Below the pieces are notes generated by a model. It ran no database searches, was not told the origin of the DNA, and was given only the letters and a program-made list of their open reading frames with translations. This document shows, piece by piece, positions 1-9,591 of a DNA stretch of 64,000 nt (the first letter of the stretch is position 1; the number at the start of each line of letters is the position of its first letter). Position numbers and translations under genes: made by a program. The stretch is from Candidatus Babeliales bacterium (lineage in GTDB: Bacteria; Babelota; Babeliae; Babelales; JACPOV01): contig JBFWNW010000003.1 of the NCBI GenBank assembly GCA_050250855.1, positions 145,856-209,855 of the forward strand, given 5' to 3'.

Positions 1-709
1 CTGCCTTTAAAAAAACATCCATGACTCCTTGTCTTTCTACCGCATAGCCAACAGGCAAATTTCCTTTATTATTTTTTACAGCACATGCTTTAGGACAGTA
101 GCTCAAAACCTCTTGCAGAATAACTGCATCCTCCTCTTTGAACGATGTTACTAAATTAGCTACCACATAATGCAAAAGAGTATCACCTTGAGTATCCTGG
201 GCCAAAAACAATTTTTGTATACGATCCCTATATAATTTCTCTTTATGTCGTGATAAAAAAATCCACTTTTTTTCAGCTTTTGTTAAGAATGGCTTAAGCT
301 CTTTCCATCTACTATGCAAAACGGCATAATGCAAGGCATTCATCTGATTACTATTTTTTTGGGCTAAATGCTTTGACCAATCAAAACCAAATCTTGAATG
401 TTCAATTTTTTGTATCAAAAAATGTGTTATATACTTGTCAGCTGAAAACAATAACTGCAACAATCCATCCTCATACTCACCTTTAGAAATAACATCAAAA
501 AAATCAATTCCTTTTTGGCTAAGCCGTTCAAACCTTCTCTCTTTTAGAATTTCAATAAATTCCGATCGCATACGCGCTTCTTCTTTTTTTCGTTGTTCTT
601 CTTGAGCTTTAAAGAGAGAACTATTATCATCTTCTCCAAATATGGGAACAAATCCATAAGAGATAAAAAATTGGTTTAAAAAACAGAAAACTAATAAATA
701 TTTTTTCAT
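1..709 (-). CDS. Secreted ankyrin-repeat-like protein, partial (C-terminus runs off the window start)
   Basis: I checked the minus-strand frame codon by codon: it is open from ATG at 709-707 down to nt 2. N-terminus MKKYLLVFCFLNQFF looks like a signal peptide. Ankyrin-like motifs are NALHYAVLH, GDTLLHYVVAN and KGNLPVGYAVE. Not in the ORF track because it is truncated. Confidence 0.6.
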   Translation of the reverse strand, partial: MKKYLLVFCFLNQFFISYGFVPIFGEDDNSSLFKAQEEQRKKEEARMRSEFIEILKERRFERLSQKGIDFFDVISKGEYEDGLLQLLFSADKYITHFLIQKIEHSRFGFDWSKHLAQKNSNQMNALHYAVLHSRWKELKPFLTKAEKKWIFLSRHKEKLYRDRIQKLFLAQDTQGDTLLHYVVANLVTSFKEEDAVILQEVLSYCPKACAVKNNKGNLPVGYAVERQGVMDVFLKA

Positions 710-734
710 AATTACATTTCCCCTAAAACACACT

Positions 735-771
735 CCCCTTGCTGCGCTAAACGGTATTTCGCAGCAAGGGG
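735..771 (-). terminator. Putative rho-independent terminator downstream of the NTT gene
   Basis: Perfect 12-bp stem: ccccttgctgcg (735-746) pairs with cgcagcaagggg (760-771). It lies 17 nt after the stop at 788. The U-tract on the minus strand is only moderate. Confidence 0.5.
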
Positions 772-787
772 ATTTTCTTATCTTTAA

Positions 788-2140
788 TTAACAAACAACT
801 GTTTTTTCTTTGATTGCCTTATTGTAGGTGTTGGCAAGGAAGATTGCAATAAAGAACCATGCCGCCACAAGACCCAAAGAAAAATATACCGCCAAGCTAA
901 GATAAAGCTCAAAGCCAAAAAAGCCCTTAGTTAAATTAGCAAAGGAAGCAGAAGCTTTTGCTGTTCTTGAACCAAATGTTTCAATCCACGCTTGTGATTT
1001 ATATTTAACTTCATGTGATGTAGGAACATAAAGCTGCTTAATACAAGGCCCGTTCAAGGCATAGTTAATAGCTTTTGCGCCGACCATTAAATAAAAAAGC
1101 ACATCAATCAACGGAAATAATTTAAAGGTCAATACAGCGCCACCAATAATAAGAGGTACTAAGCATAATGCTGTTCGCAAACCAAGAAAGCGCTGAATAT
1201 TATTAATACCAAAAAACAAACATAAAAATGCAACCAAATTCACCGAAGATGCATAACTTGCAAAATATTCTGAAGCTTGTGCGCAATCAGGAAAATAAGC
1301 AAAAGTCATCGTTTTAAAGTTGAAGTCAATCACCGTAACAATAAATTCAAAGAATGCTAGAATGCCAAAAATACCAAGAAGATAATTATGTGAAAGCATA
1401 ATTTTTAAACCCTCAAGAAACCCTGGTTCTTCTTCATGTTTCTTTTCTTGTGCTTGATAGCCAACGAGTTCTTTTTGCGGCGTAACTTTAAAGAAAACCC
1501 ACATAAGAACCGCGGTAATTAATACCAATAACCCACAAACACCAACAACTAATGCCAGTGAAGTATTAAACAGTTTTGGCAATTTCATTAAATACTTTGG
1601 CCCTAAAATGCCACCAATTTGACCAATCATTACGATGAGTGCAAATCCATGCTTTGAGGATTTGGTTGTTGAAATATCAACCACCAGCGCCCAAAAAAGT
1701 GCAATTACTAAGGAGCCAAAACTCTCTACAAATGCATACCAGAACCATCCAGAAAGCCGCCATGGGCTTGCTGCCGTATTTGCCAAACCATACGTTGGGT
1801 TAGCAAAGAAAAAGGTCCAAAGAGCAAGTATTACTACATATAAGCAGGCCATTGTATAAAAAAGATTGGTCTTTTTAAGTTTATCCACCATTTTCCCGTA
1901 AAGCATAACAATGGGAAAAAGAACAACAAGTGAAAAAACTTTCGCCCAGGCAAGATAAATATCACGAGAGCCAGCTTTACCAAAGCCAACAATCATATTC
2001 GCAAAAATTGAATCTTTTAAGGGACGAAGCGTCCAGTAGACGCCAATGATGAGGGAAAAAATCAAACCTAAAAAAAGATATTTTTTAAGTTCTTCTCGTT
2101 CAAAGTCGCCAAACCAGACTTTGAATAAACGTGTAAGCAT
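788..2140 (-). CDS. NTT/TLC-family nucleotide (ATP/ADP) translocase, paralog 1
   Basis: 450-aa polytopic membrane protein. Its N-terminus (FGDFEREELKKYLFLGLIFSLIIGVYWTLRPLKDSIF) and the motifs SPWRLSGWFWYAFVESFGS and KSQAWIETFGSR are typical of Rickettsia/Chlamydia Tlc/NTT carriers (PF03219). Confidence 0.85.
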   Translation of the reverse strand: MLTRLFKVWFGDFEREELKKYLFLGLIFSLIIGVYWTLRPLKDSIFANMIVGFGKAGSRDIYLAWAKVFSLVVLFPIVMLYGKMVDKLKKTNLFYTMACLYVVILALWTFFFANPTYGLANTAASPWRLSGWFWYAFVESFGSLVIALFWALVVDISTTKSSKHGFALIVMIGQIGGILGPKYLMKLPKLFNTSLALVVGVCGLLVLITAVLMWVFFKVTPQKELVGYQAQEKKHEEEPGFLEGLKIMLSHNYLLGIFGILAFFEFIVTVIDFNFKTMTFAYFPDCAQASEYFASYASSVNLVAFLCLFFGINNIQRFLGLRTALCLVPLIIGGAVLTFKLFPLIDVLFYLMVGAKAINYALNGPCIKQLYVPTSHEVKYKSQAWIETFGSRTAKASASFANLTKGFFGFELYLSLAVYFSLGLVAAWFFIAIFLANTYNKAIKEKTVVC

Positions 2141-2368
2141 ACAATGCTCCTATCAGAGTTTAAAAAGGTATTAAATAACCGCTTGTAAAAATCTGAGCTC
2201 AGAGGCATTTACAATCTAATTATGCCAGAACTAGCAAAAATTGCAAAAAAAATATCTACCAAGCTCTAAACCTGAAAAAGCTAATATTTCTACCAGAATT
2301 GAGAATAACTCTTAATTTTTTAGCTAAACGGAGCTACACTAAAATAAGATATTAAGTAAGGAACACTC

Positions 2369-2872
2369 ATGAGCATTGATATTCATCCTTTTTTTCCATC
2401 TGACTTAAGCCCTTTGCAAAAGCTTTTTATTGCCCTTAATAAATCACAATCAACATTAGATTCTTACCTTGAAGAACATCAACAGGAAAAGCGGGAGCTC
2501 TTGGTTGCGTATAAAAACAATATCTTGGCAGGCTATCTGACCATCACATGGCATTCTCTTTATCCATTTTTTAATAATAACAGTATCCCAGAAATTATGG
2601 ATTTTAATGTACTTCCTGAATTTCGCAAGCAAGGAATTGGCTCCAACCTTCTTGCCGCTGCAGAACAACTAGTACAAGAAAAAGGTTTTGATACTGTGGG
2701 CATTGGGGTAGGGCTCTATGCCGATTACGGACCGGCACAAAAATTATATGTAAAAAAAGGTTATATTCCTGATGGAAATGGTGTAACCTATAGGTATAAA
2801 TATAGTACACCTGGATCCTCTGTTTGTTTGGATGATGATCTTATTCTTTGGTTTACAAAAAAATTATTATGA
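2369..2872 (+). CDS. GNAT-family N-acetyltransferase
   Basis: 167 aa. Acetyl-CoA motif A is RKQGIGSNLLAAAEQ. The stop overlaps the next start (ATGA at 2869-2872). Confidence 0.75.
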   Translation: MSIDIHPFFPSDLSPLQKLFIALNKSQSTLDSYLEEHQQEKRELLVAYKNNILAGYLTITWHSLYPFFNNNSIPEIMDFNVLPEFRKQGIGSNLLAAAEQLVQEKGFDTVGIGVGLYADYGPAQKLYVKKGYIPDGNGVTYRYKYSTPGSSVCLDDDLILWFTKKLL

Positions 2873-4647
2873 AAATAAACCTTATTTCTATCAACTTTAC
2901 TAAACCATGGTGGCAGCTTATTATCAATCAAAAACTGCTTGCTGCTTCAGTTTTTTCAACAGTTATTATACGCGACGTATTTTGGTCATTAAACCCCTTT
3001 CTAATAACCTTTGCACTAGAGAAAAGTAACTGGTACTTTTTTGCAATAACATGTTTTATATGGGGCTTGGCTGAACTAAATAATCTTTTACAACCTCTTG
3101 CAAATACTAAATTTCAATTGCAATGTATTCACAGCATCTTTTATAATGCCCACCAATTCTTGCTTGCCATAGATCCTCAATATCATATTAAACGCTCAAG
3201 CGGGGTTGTATTGGCAAAAATTGACCGGGCCGCCCGTGGGTATGAAGAGTTACTCGACCAAATTACCTTTGAATTCGCGCCATTGATTATCGGTACTCTA
3301 ACCATGCTCATTGTTTTAAGTCAGTACTCTCTTCTTTTAACACTTGTACTTTGTATTTGCTTGTTCACTATGGTCGGATGTGGTTATTATTTCGTGCAAC
3401 ATGCTTGTCAAAAATGGGAAAATGAATTTATTAAAACTGATGATAACTTTCATGCTGTCGCCTTTGAAAATTTAGCACAAATACATTTAATCCGTGCAAC
3501 CTTTGCAACTGATTATATGCAGCACAAGCTTACCAAAGAAATTTCGATTAATGCTGCGACTGAAAAAAAGCTTTGGCTTGCCTATGCTTTTACCTCAAGA
3601 GTACTTTCCGTTATTTATGCATTTTCAATCTTAGTTTTACTCGGGTATCTGGTCCATTGTATTCAAATCAATTGCATGTCACTCCCTTTTGCCATAGGTC
3701 TTATGATTGCGTATATACAAAGCACCAAACAAATTGTAAAAATTGTTCAGCCATTACGCCGATACATGAAGGGGTTTGCTGCCGTTAAAGATTTATTTGA
3801 ATTTATCCCTCAATTTGGCAAGCAAACCTTCCCTGTTTTCAAGGAAGAGCATGCTCCTATCAGCCTAGGAAAAAAAGAATATACCCTTGTTGCTCAAAAC
3901 ATTTATTTTGGTTATTCAGCGGCAAGAATTTTTGATAATCATTCATTGCACATTAAAACACCCAACAACCAACCTAATAAATTATATGGTATTATTGGAC
4001 CTTCGGGTATCGGCAAAACTACGCTCATTTCCATATTAGGTGGCCAATTAAAGCCACAATCAGGAAGCATTCTGATTAATGAAATTGATATTTATGCAAT
4101 ATCAGATGACATACGCAGACAATTAATTACACTCCAAGGTCAAGTGGCAACAACCGTAAAAGGCACCGTACGTTACAATCTTCTTTTTGGGTTGCCTGAA
4201 CACCATGATTACTCTGATGAATATTTATGTGATATTATCAAACGCGTAGGACTTGATCCCATTTTACGTGAACATCAAGGACTTGATACGCGCTTAGGCG
4301 AAGGCGCTTTAAATATTTCTGGCGGTCAGCGACAACGCCTTAATTTTGCAGCATTATATTTGCGTGCACGTTATTATAAACCAGTTTTAATTCTTATTGA
4401 TGAACCTACAAGTAGTCTTGATGAAATTAGTGAACAAGCAATAACAAGTATGATTCAAGAATTGGCCTCTTCGGCAATCACGCTTGTGATCGCTCATCGC
4501 TTAAAAACACTCAGGGATGCGGCTGGTCTTATAGATTTATCGCTTTTAAAACAATCAAAGGAAATAAAAATATACTCCTCAGAGCAATTAAAAGAACAGT
4601 CCATTTATTATCAAAAGCTTTTAGAAGAAAAAAATGAGCTGGCATAA
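2869..4647 (+). CDS. ABC exporter, fused permease and ATPase
   Basis: N-terminal multi-TM domain. Walker A GPSGIGKTT, signature ISGGQRQR, Walker B LILIDEPTSSLD, H-loop IAHRL. I prefer the ATG at 2869 (ATGA overlap with the upstream stop) to the TTG at 2848 in the ORF track. Confidence 0.85.
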   Translation: MKINLISINFTKPWWQLIINQKLLAASVFSTVIIRDVFWSLNPFLITFALEKSNWYFFAITCFIWGLAELNNLLQPLANTKFQLQCIHSIFYNAHQFLLAIDPQYHIKRSSGVVLAKIDRAARGYEELLDQITFEFAPLIIGTLTMLIVLSQYSLLLTLVLCICLFTMVGCGYYFVQHACQKWENEFIKTDDNFHAVAFENLAQIHLIRATFATDYMQHKLTKEISINAATEKKLWLAYAFTSRVLSVIYAFSILVLLGYLVHCIQINCMSLPFAIGLMIAYIQSTKQIVKIVQPLRRYMKGFAAVKDLFEFIPQFGKQTFPVFKEEHAPISLGKKEYTLVAQNIYFGYSAARIFDNHSLHIKTPNNQPNKLYGIIGPSGIGKTTLISILGGQLKPQSGSILINEIDIYAISDDIRRQLITLQGQVATTVKGTVRYNLLFGLPEHHDYSDEYLCDIIKRVGLDPILREHQGLDTRLGEGALNISGGQRQRLNFAALYLRARYYKPVLILIDEPTSSLDEISEQAITSMIQELASSAITLVIAHRLKTLRDAAGLIDLSLLKQSKEIKIYSSEQLKEQSIYYQKLLEEKNELA

Positions 4648-5170
4648 AAATATAAAAAAAATAGCAATCGTCGGTAATGCCGGCTCGGGCAAATCAACGC
4701 TGGCACTCCAACTTTCTAAAATACTCGGCCTACCGCTTTACCACTTAGATCAATATTTTTGGCTACCCGGTTGGGTTGAACCAGATCGTGCTGATTTTGA
4801 AAAAATTCACAAAAAATTATGTGACCAAAATAGCTGGATTTTGGAAGGATGCGCCATAAGGCTTTTTGACTACCGCATCCAGCAAGCAGATTGTGTTATT
4901 TTTTTAGATATGCCAACCTCTCTATGTTTATATCGCATCTTAAAGCGTGCCTTTGTGCATTATGGCAGAGAACGTTTCTCCAGCGCTAAAGGCTGCCCCG
5001 AACGTGGACCAAGTTGGAAGTTTTTGAAGTTTATTTGGAACTTTAATAGAGAACGTAAACCGATTATTCAAGAGCTTTTACAACAATATAAAGATACCAA
5101 GCAAATTTTTGTAGTTCACAACAAAGCTGAATTAGAAGGGTTATTAAAAAAAATCTTAGGAGCTCTATGA
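4634..5170 (+). CDS. P-loop NTPase/kinase (adenylate-kinase-like, FlaR 'topology modulation' type)
   Basis: 178 aa. Walker A VGNAGSGKST followed by LPLYHLDQYFWLPGW, typical of this small kinase-like family. Overlaps the ABC gene by 14 nt. Confidence 0.65.
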   Translation: MSWHKNIKKIAIVGNAGSGKSTLALQLSKILGLPLYHLDQYFWLPGWVEPDRADFEKIHKKLCDQNSWILEGCAIRLFDYRIQQADCVIFLDMPTSLCLYRILKRAFVHYGRERFSSAKGCPERGPSWKFLKFIWNFNRERKPIIQELLQQYKDTKQIFVVHNKAELEGLLKKILGAL

Positions 5171-6753
5171 TTTCAAGTTTGAAAAACAAACGCTTTTTGA
5201 TCTTAATAATTGCCGTAGCTTTTTTGTCATCATGTTTTTTCAAGCCTACGCCAGGAACTGTTATTATACTTATTGGCACTTCATCTGTAGGAAAAACATC
5301 ACTTATTAATGAATTAAAACCACTGCTCAACAATTATGAAATTGTAGATATCGATAGTTTTACCACTTCATATTTAACAACTCATCCAATGCCAGAACAA
5401 CCTGAGAATTTGGATGAAAAAACAAAAAAAGAATTTGGGCAACATTATACAAAACAACTTGCTGAAAACTTCTATACTTTAATTAGAAATAAGGCATTAC
5501 AAGGCTATAATGTTTTAGTTGATACGGTACCAATATTAGAAAGTGATCTAGAATATAAGATAATTTCTCAAAGCTTAAAAAATATAAAAAATATTTCTAT
5601 GGTACTCTATTGTCCTTTAGATATTACTATGGCAAGAGTTCAACAACGTAATCTAACTGGTATACCAGAAGAACAAAGAAACATTGCTCTACCCTTTGGC
5701 CAATATTTGCTCCTCTACAAACCTCAAGATTCACCGAATGAACCTGTAGTTGAAACCCTCTCAAGCAGCGCTACTAAACAGGTCTTAAAATCTGCGATTA
5801 AACTGTTTATGGATGATTTACCGGAGGAACTTAAAAATAACCCACAAATCGCTGCTGAAAGTTCTGAACATTTTTATAAAGATTTTGTACAACAATTTAA
5901 ACTTGATCAATTGTCAACTATTTCTGTTGTACCAAAAATGCCTTATGACCTCATACTTAATTGTAAAAACACACCTCAAGATCTTGCCAAAGAGGTTATG
6001 CAATTTTTAGAAAAATCGATTACAACCATCCACTCATTTAATGACGTTAATTTTGATACTTTTACTAAAAATGATCTAGTCATATTTGACGTTGATGAAA
6101 CATTAATCCAACCCAAGGATGCATTTGTTCTTAATGAACAAACACCGCAAGCTGATGCGTTTCGTAAAAAACTTCTCCAAAAATATCCAACCGTAACTAT
6201 TAAGGAATGGGAAAATATAGGAAGTCTTTTACTCTTGCAAGCGGAACGGCCACTTTTAGAGCCTTCCGTCATTACAAAAATAGATACCTTACAAAAAAGA
6301 GGAATCCCCGTTATCGCATGCACCGGCATGAATACAGGAACATTAGGCCTTGTACCCAGTATGGAAGCATGGCGCTATAATCATTTAAAAAGTTTGGGAT
6401 TTGAAGGTTCATTTAACAAGACAGAGCTAACATTCAAAACATTTAAACGCAAACCAGTGTTTTACCACGGCATTCTGGCAGCAGATACTGAACCAAAAGG
6501 TCCTGTTGTCGGCGCCTTTCTTGATGCCATGCAATTACATCCTAAAAAGATTATTATGTTTGATGATACCTTGGAATTTTTAGAATCAATGCAAGCAGAA
6601 TGCAAAAAAAGAGGTATCGCCTTTCAAGGCTATGAATATAAAGGTGCTCACGAAAAACCGTGGGATGAAAAGCTCTTTGAGCAACAAGCCGATTATTTAA
6701 TAAAGCACAAAACATGGCGCAGTGATGAGGCATTTCAAGGTGCAAGTATATGA
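5167..6753 (+). CDS. Lipobox-bearing fusion protein: CPT/TmrB-like P-loop kinase domain plus HAD-like (DxDxT) phosphatase domain
   Basis: N-terminus FLILIIAVAFLSSC has a lipobox (L-S-S-C). P-loop GTSSVGKTS. HAD motif I FDVDETL (nt 6088-6102) and motif IV MFDDT. ATGA overlaps at both ends. Confidence 0.6.
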   Translation: MISSLKNKRFLILIIAVAFLSSCFFKPTPGTVIILIGTSSVGKTSLINELKPLLNNYEIVDIDSFTTSYLTTHPMPEQPENLDEKTKKEFGQHYTKQLAENFYTLIRNKALQGYNVLVDTVPILESDLEYKIISQSLKNIKNISMVLYCPLDITMARVQQRNLTGIPEEQRNIALPFGQYLLLYKPQDSPNEPVVETLSSSATKQVLKSAIKLFMDDLPEELKNNPQIAAESSEHFYKDFVQQFKLDQLSTISVVPKMPYDLILNCKNTPQDLAKEVMQFLEKSITTIHSFNDVNFDTFTKNDLVIFDVDETLIQPKDAFVLNEQTPQADAFRKKLLQKYPTVTIKEWENIGSLLLLQAERPLLEPSVITKIDTLQKRGIPVIACTGMNTGTLGLVPSMEAWRYNHLKSLGFEGSFNKTELTFKTFKRKPVFYHGILAADTEPKGPVVGAFLDAMQLHPKKIIMFDDTLEFLESMQAECKKRGIAFQGYEYKGAHEKPWDEKLFEQQADYLIKHKTWRSDEAFQGASI

Positions 6754-7298
6754 ACTTTAGCAACCTACCAATCTTAAAAACCGAACGTTTATTATTACGC
6801 CCGGCAACTATCCAGGATGCTGCTGATATTTTTGCTTATGCATCAGACCCTGAAGTAAGCAAACTTTTGCATTGGTACCCAAGCACCACCATAGAAGAGA
6901 CGTATGAAGTTATTAAGCAATGGCTTGCTGATTATAAGGCAAATAAACCAGCTCCCTGGGTTATTGTTGATGCAACGTCTCATAACGTTATTGGCACTAT
7001 TGGGTTACACGAATATAATGCAGATAAAAAGTCTGCTCTTATTGGTTACTGCATTGCGCGTCACTACTGGGGCAAAGGATTAATACCAGAAGCACTACAG
7101 GCCGTCATTAACTATTTATTTTCACAAACTGAAACAACTGAAATTGTAGCTTTTTGTAGAGTTGATAACCCTCGCTCACAAAGAGTTCTTGAAAAATGTG
7201 GCTTTATAAAACAAGGCAGCAAGCAAGAAGAAGTTAAGGGTGTAATGGCGATCTTTGATCGCTTTGTGCTGTATGATAAAAAAATTTTATTGACATAA
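6750..7298 (+). CDS. GNAT-family N-acetyltransferase (RimJ/RimL-like)
   Basis: 182 aa. LLLRPATIQDA...SDPEV...W and HYWGKGL are typical of the RimJ/L-type GNAT subfamily. ATGA overlap with the upstream gene. Confidence 0.8.
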   Translation: MNFSNLPILKTERLLLRPATIQDAADIFAYASDPEVSKLLHWYPSTTIEETYEVIKQWLADYKANKPAPWVIVDATSHNVIGTIGLHEYNADKKSALIGYCIARHYWGKGLIPEALQAVINYLFSQTETTEIVAFCRVDNPRSQRVLEKCGFIKQGSKQEEVKGVMAIFDRFVLYDKKILLT

Positions 7299-7317
7299 AC
7301 AGAGTTTTGTTTATCAT
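7290..7317 (+). promoter_or_regulatory. Possible sigma70-type promoter for the small secreted-protein gene
   Basis: TTGACA (7290-7295), a 16-nt spacer, then TATCAT (7312-7317), about 50 nt upstream of the ATG at 7371. Sequence pattern only, in an AT-rich background. Confidence 0.25.
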
Positions 7318-7370
7318 TTCAACTGAAAATCGAGTGACTTATTCAAAGTACACGTTTAAGGAGAATTACT

Positions 7371-7625
7371 ATGAAAAAATTACTTATCATTGCAGCCCTT
7401 TTCACGCTTAATGCATATGCAGGAAAAAAAAGCTGCAAAACAGTTAATGAAGTATATAAGCCCAAAAAAGGCGGCTTATACTATACTCGAGAGTGTCCTG
7501 CAACACCAACACCAGAAAAGCCACAACAAGGATGCAAGGTTGTAGCTACTAATACACTTAAATTAGGCCGTGGGGAAAAAAGAGTTACAACCTACCATTG
7601 TCCTGAAAAAAAGCAAAAAGAATAG
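7371..7625 (+). CDS. Small secreted protein, function unknown
   Basis: 84 aa. Signal peptide MKKLLIIAALFTLNAYA. Four Cys. GGAG-type RBS (aaggagaa) upstream. Confidence 0.6.
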   Translation: MKKLLIIAALFTLNAYAGKKSCKTVNEVYKPKKGGLYYTRECPATPTPEKPQQGCKVVATNTLKLGRGEKRVTTYHCPEKKQKE

Positions 7626-7674
7626 TAAAACAAAACAAACCTCCTAAAAAAAGGCAAATACATAAAGGGCTACC

Positions 7675-7941
7675 ATGAAAAAATCAATCATTCTTTCTTT
7701 TATTGGACTAACAATAGCATCTTCTTGGTCATATCTTTCTGCCTCAGACAAAACCCACACCGTCTATGAAAGTAATTCAACTACTGTTTATGGAAGCGCC
7801 AATAAAAGTGAAGTTTCTGTTGGTTTAGTGGTGACGACAAACAAAGATGTTTTAGGAAAAGCAGCAAAAAAAGCCAAAAAACTCAAAAAGATTAAAAAAG
7901 TTAAAAAACTTGGCAAGCATTTAAAGAAAATGAAATTTTAA
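7675..7941 (+). CDS. Small secreted protein with a Lys-rich C-terminus, function unknown
   Basis: 88 aa. Signal peptide MKKSIILSFIGLTIASSWS. C-terminal tail is KKAKKLKKIKKVKKLGKHLKK. Confidence 0.55.
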   Translation: MKKSIILSFIGLTIASSWSYLSASDKTHTVYESNSTTVYGSANKSEVSVGLVVTTNKDVLGKAAKKAKKLKKIKKVKKLGKHLKKMKF

Positions 7942-7960
7942 TAACTGTAGCTAAAAATGG

Positions 7961-7993
7961 TTAAGGGGGCATGCATTGTAGTCATGCCCTTAA
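7961..7993. terminator. Hairpin between convergent genes (possible bidirectional terminator)
   Basis: ttaaggg(gg)catg ... catgcccttaa forms a stem with a 2-nt bulge between the 7941 and 8043 gene ends. No clean U-tract. Confidence 0.35.
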
Positions 7994-8042
7994 CTATTAA
8001 AAGATTTTAATTCTGCAATTTCATTTATTTTTCAATTTAAAA

Positions 8043-9386
8043 TTAGAGCCTCTGGATAAGTGAATTTAGCAATAATGCTAAAAAAACATTCTCTAAATTA
8101 GGAGTGATTTGTGCAACCTTGACTGGCTCACTAATTTCTCCTAAAGTTTTTTGTGTTTCTTGTAAAAGTTGCATAAAAGTATCGTCACTTTCATAGCTTT
8201 GGTTGGCAAAATAGTTAATAATATCTTGTAATCTATTTAATGGTAACGGCAGCATAGATTTCATCACAGTATAAAACATATCATAATTTAAACTGTTTTC
8301 ATGCAATAATGAATTTTCATCATACTCATTTGCCAAGCAAAGTAATGCTTTGATCTTTTCATCAACATATTTAAGTGGATTTTTTATAATATCTTCAATA
8401 GCTGCTTGCAATTTTTTGTTAACAACTTCTTGATTAAAATAAAACTGGCTACATGCATTGATATCAGAACCATGTACAAGAAGCAGTGCTATACAATCAA
8501 TATTATTACTCACAAGAGCACTTACAAGCGGTGTGTAACCTAAAATATCTTTTGCATCTATTTCAACTTTAGCATCAATAAGAAGTTTTAAACACTCTAC
8601 GTGCCCATGCAGAGCAGCCACATGAAGTGGTGTTTCTACATTGTTATCTGGCTTATGAATATCAGCACCATGTTTCATAAAAATCTTTGCGCAATCTTTA
8701 TGACCTCCGCAAATAGCCGCACTAAAAGGTGTTTGACCAGTTGATCCATTTATACTATCTATTTCAGCTTTAGAAGCAATGAGCAATTTAACGCAAGCTA
8801 AGTTTCCTTTTGCAGCTGCTTTATAAAGAGGAGTTTCTCTTTTTTCATCTTTGCTATTTACATTCTCATTATTATTCACCAGAAGCTCTAAACAATGGTC
8901 TTTCCCTTTTTCAGCAAACAAATGAAGAAGTTTGTTTTTATCTTTCTTATCAAGCTTTGCTCCATTTAGAAAAAGATATTCTGCACAATCAGCATCTTTT
9001 TGAAGAAAGGCTATATCAAGTGGTGTATTTTTAGACAGATCTTTTGCATCAACCTTAGCACCATTTTTAATAAGCAATTCAGCGCAATCTTTATATCCCT
9101 TTTGAACAGCACAATGAAGGGGACTGTTTCCCAAATAATTTGACTTATTCACATCAGCACCCTGTTGAATGCTTGTTTCAATTGCTTGCAAAATAATTTG
9201 ATTATGGGTTAAACCCTTTTTCATACCACCAATAAGCCTAGAAATATCATTCTTATTGTGTGCAATAAAAGAAAAAAGATCATATATCTCTGGTCTCTTG
9301 AACGGATTATTTTCAACATCTTCTGCCGCGTACAGGGCCCCCGCAAGACTACAAGTTAGGGTAAAGATGGTAAGTAGTTTTTTCAT
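8043..9386 (-). CDS. Secreted ankyrin-repeat protein
   Basis: 447 aa. Signal peptide MKKLLTIFTLTCSLAGALYA. About 8 ankyrin repeats (NSPLHCAVQKGYKDCAELLIKNGAKV, ETPLHVAALHGHVECLKLLIDAKVEI and others). Confidence 0.9.
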   Translation of the reverse strand: MKKLLTIFTLTCSLAGALYAAEDVENNPFKRPEIYDLFSFIAHNKNDISRLIGGMKKGLTHNQIILQAIETSIQQGADVNKSNYLGNSPLHCAVQKGYKDCAELLIKNGAKVDAKDLSKNTPLDIAFLQKDADCAEYLFLNGAKLDKKDKNKLLHLFAEKGKDHCLELLVNNNENVNSKDEKRETPLYKAAAKGNLACVKLLIASKAEIDSINGSTGQTPFSAAICGGHKDCAKIFMKHGADIHKPDNNVETPLHVAALHGHVECLKLLIDAKVEIDAKDILGYTPLVSALVSNNIDCIALLLVHGSDINACSQFYFNQEVVNKKLQAAIEDIIKNPLKYVDEKIKALLCLANEYDENSLLHENSLNYDMFYTVMKSMLPLPLNRLQDIINYFANQSYESDDTFMQLLQETQKTLGEISEPVKVAQITPNLENVFLALLLNSLIQRL

Positions 9387-9591
9387 TAATGTAACTCAAT
9401 TCTGGCTATTTTGGCTGTTTTAAACTTAACTATATTCTCATGGTAGACAATATTGCATATTTGTCAATGTTGAAAAACATGGCTTCATGCCACAAGCCTT
9501 TCGGAAAAATCAAAGCCTGCTACTTTACCATTAAAGAAAAAACAGTTACAATGACAAATTAATGAAACCATATTAAAGATTAGGATTCTCA

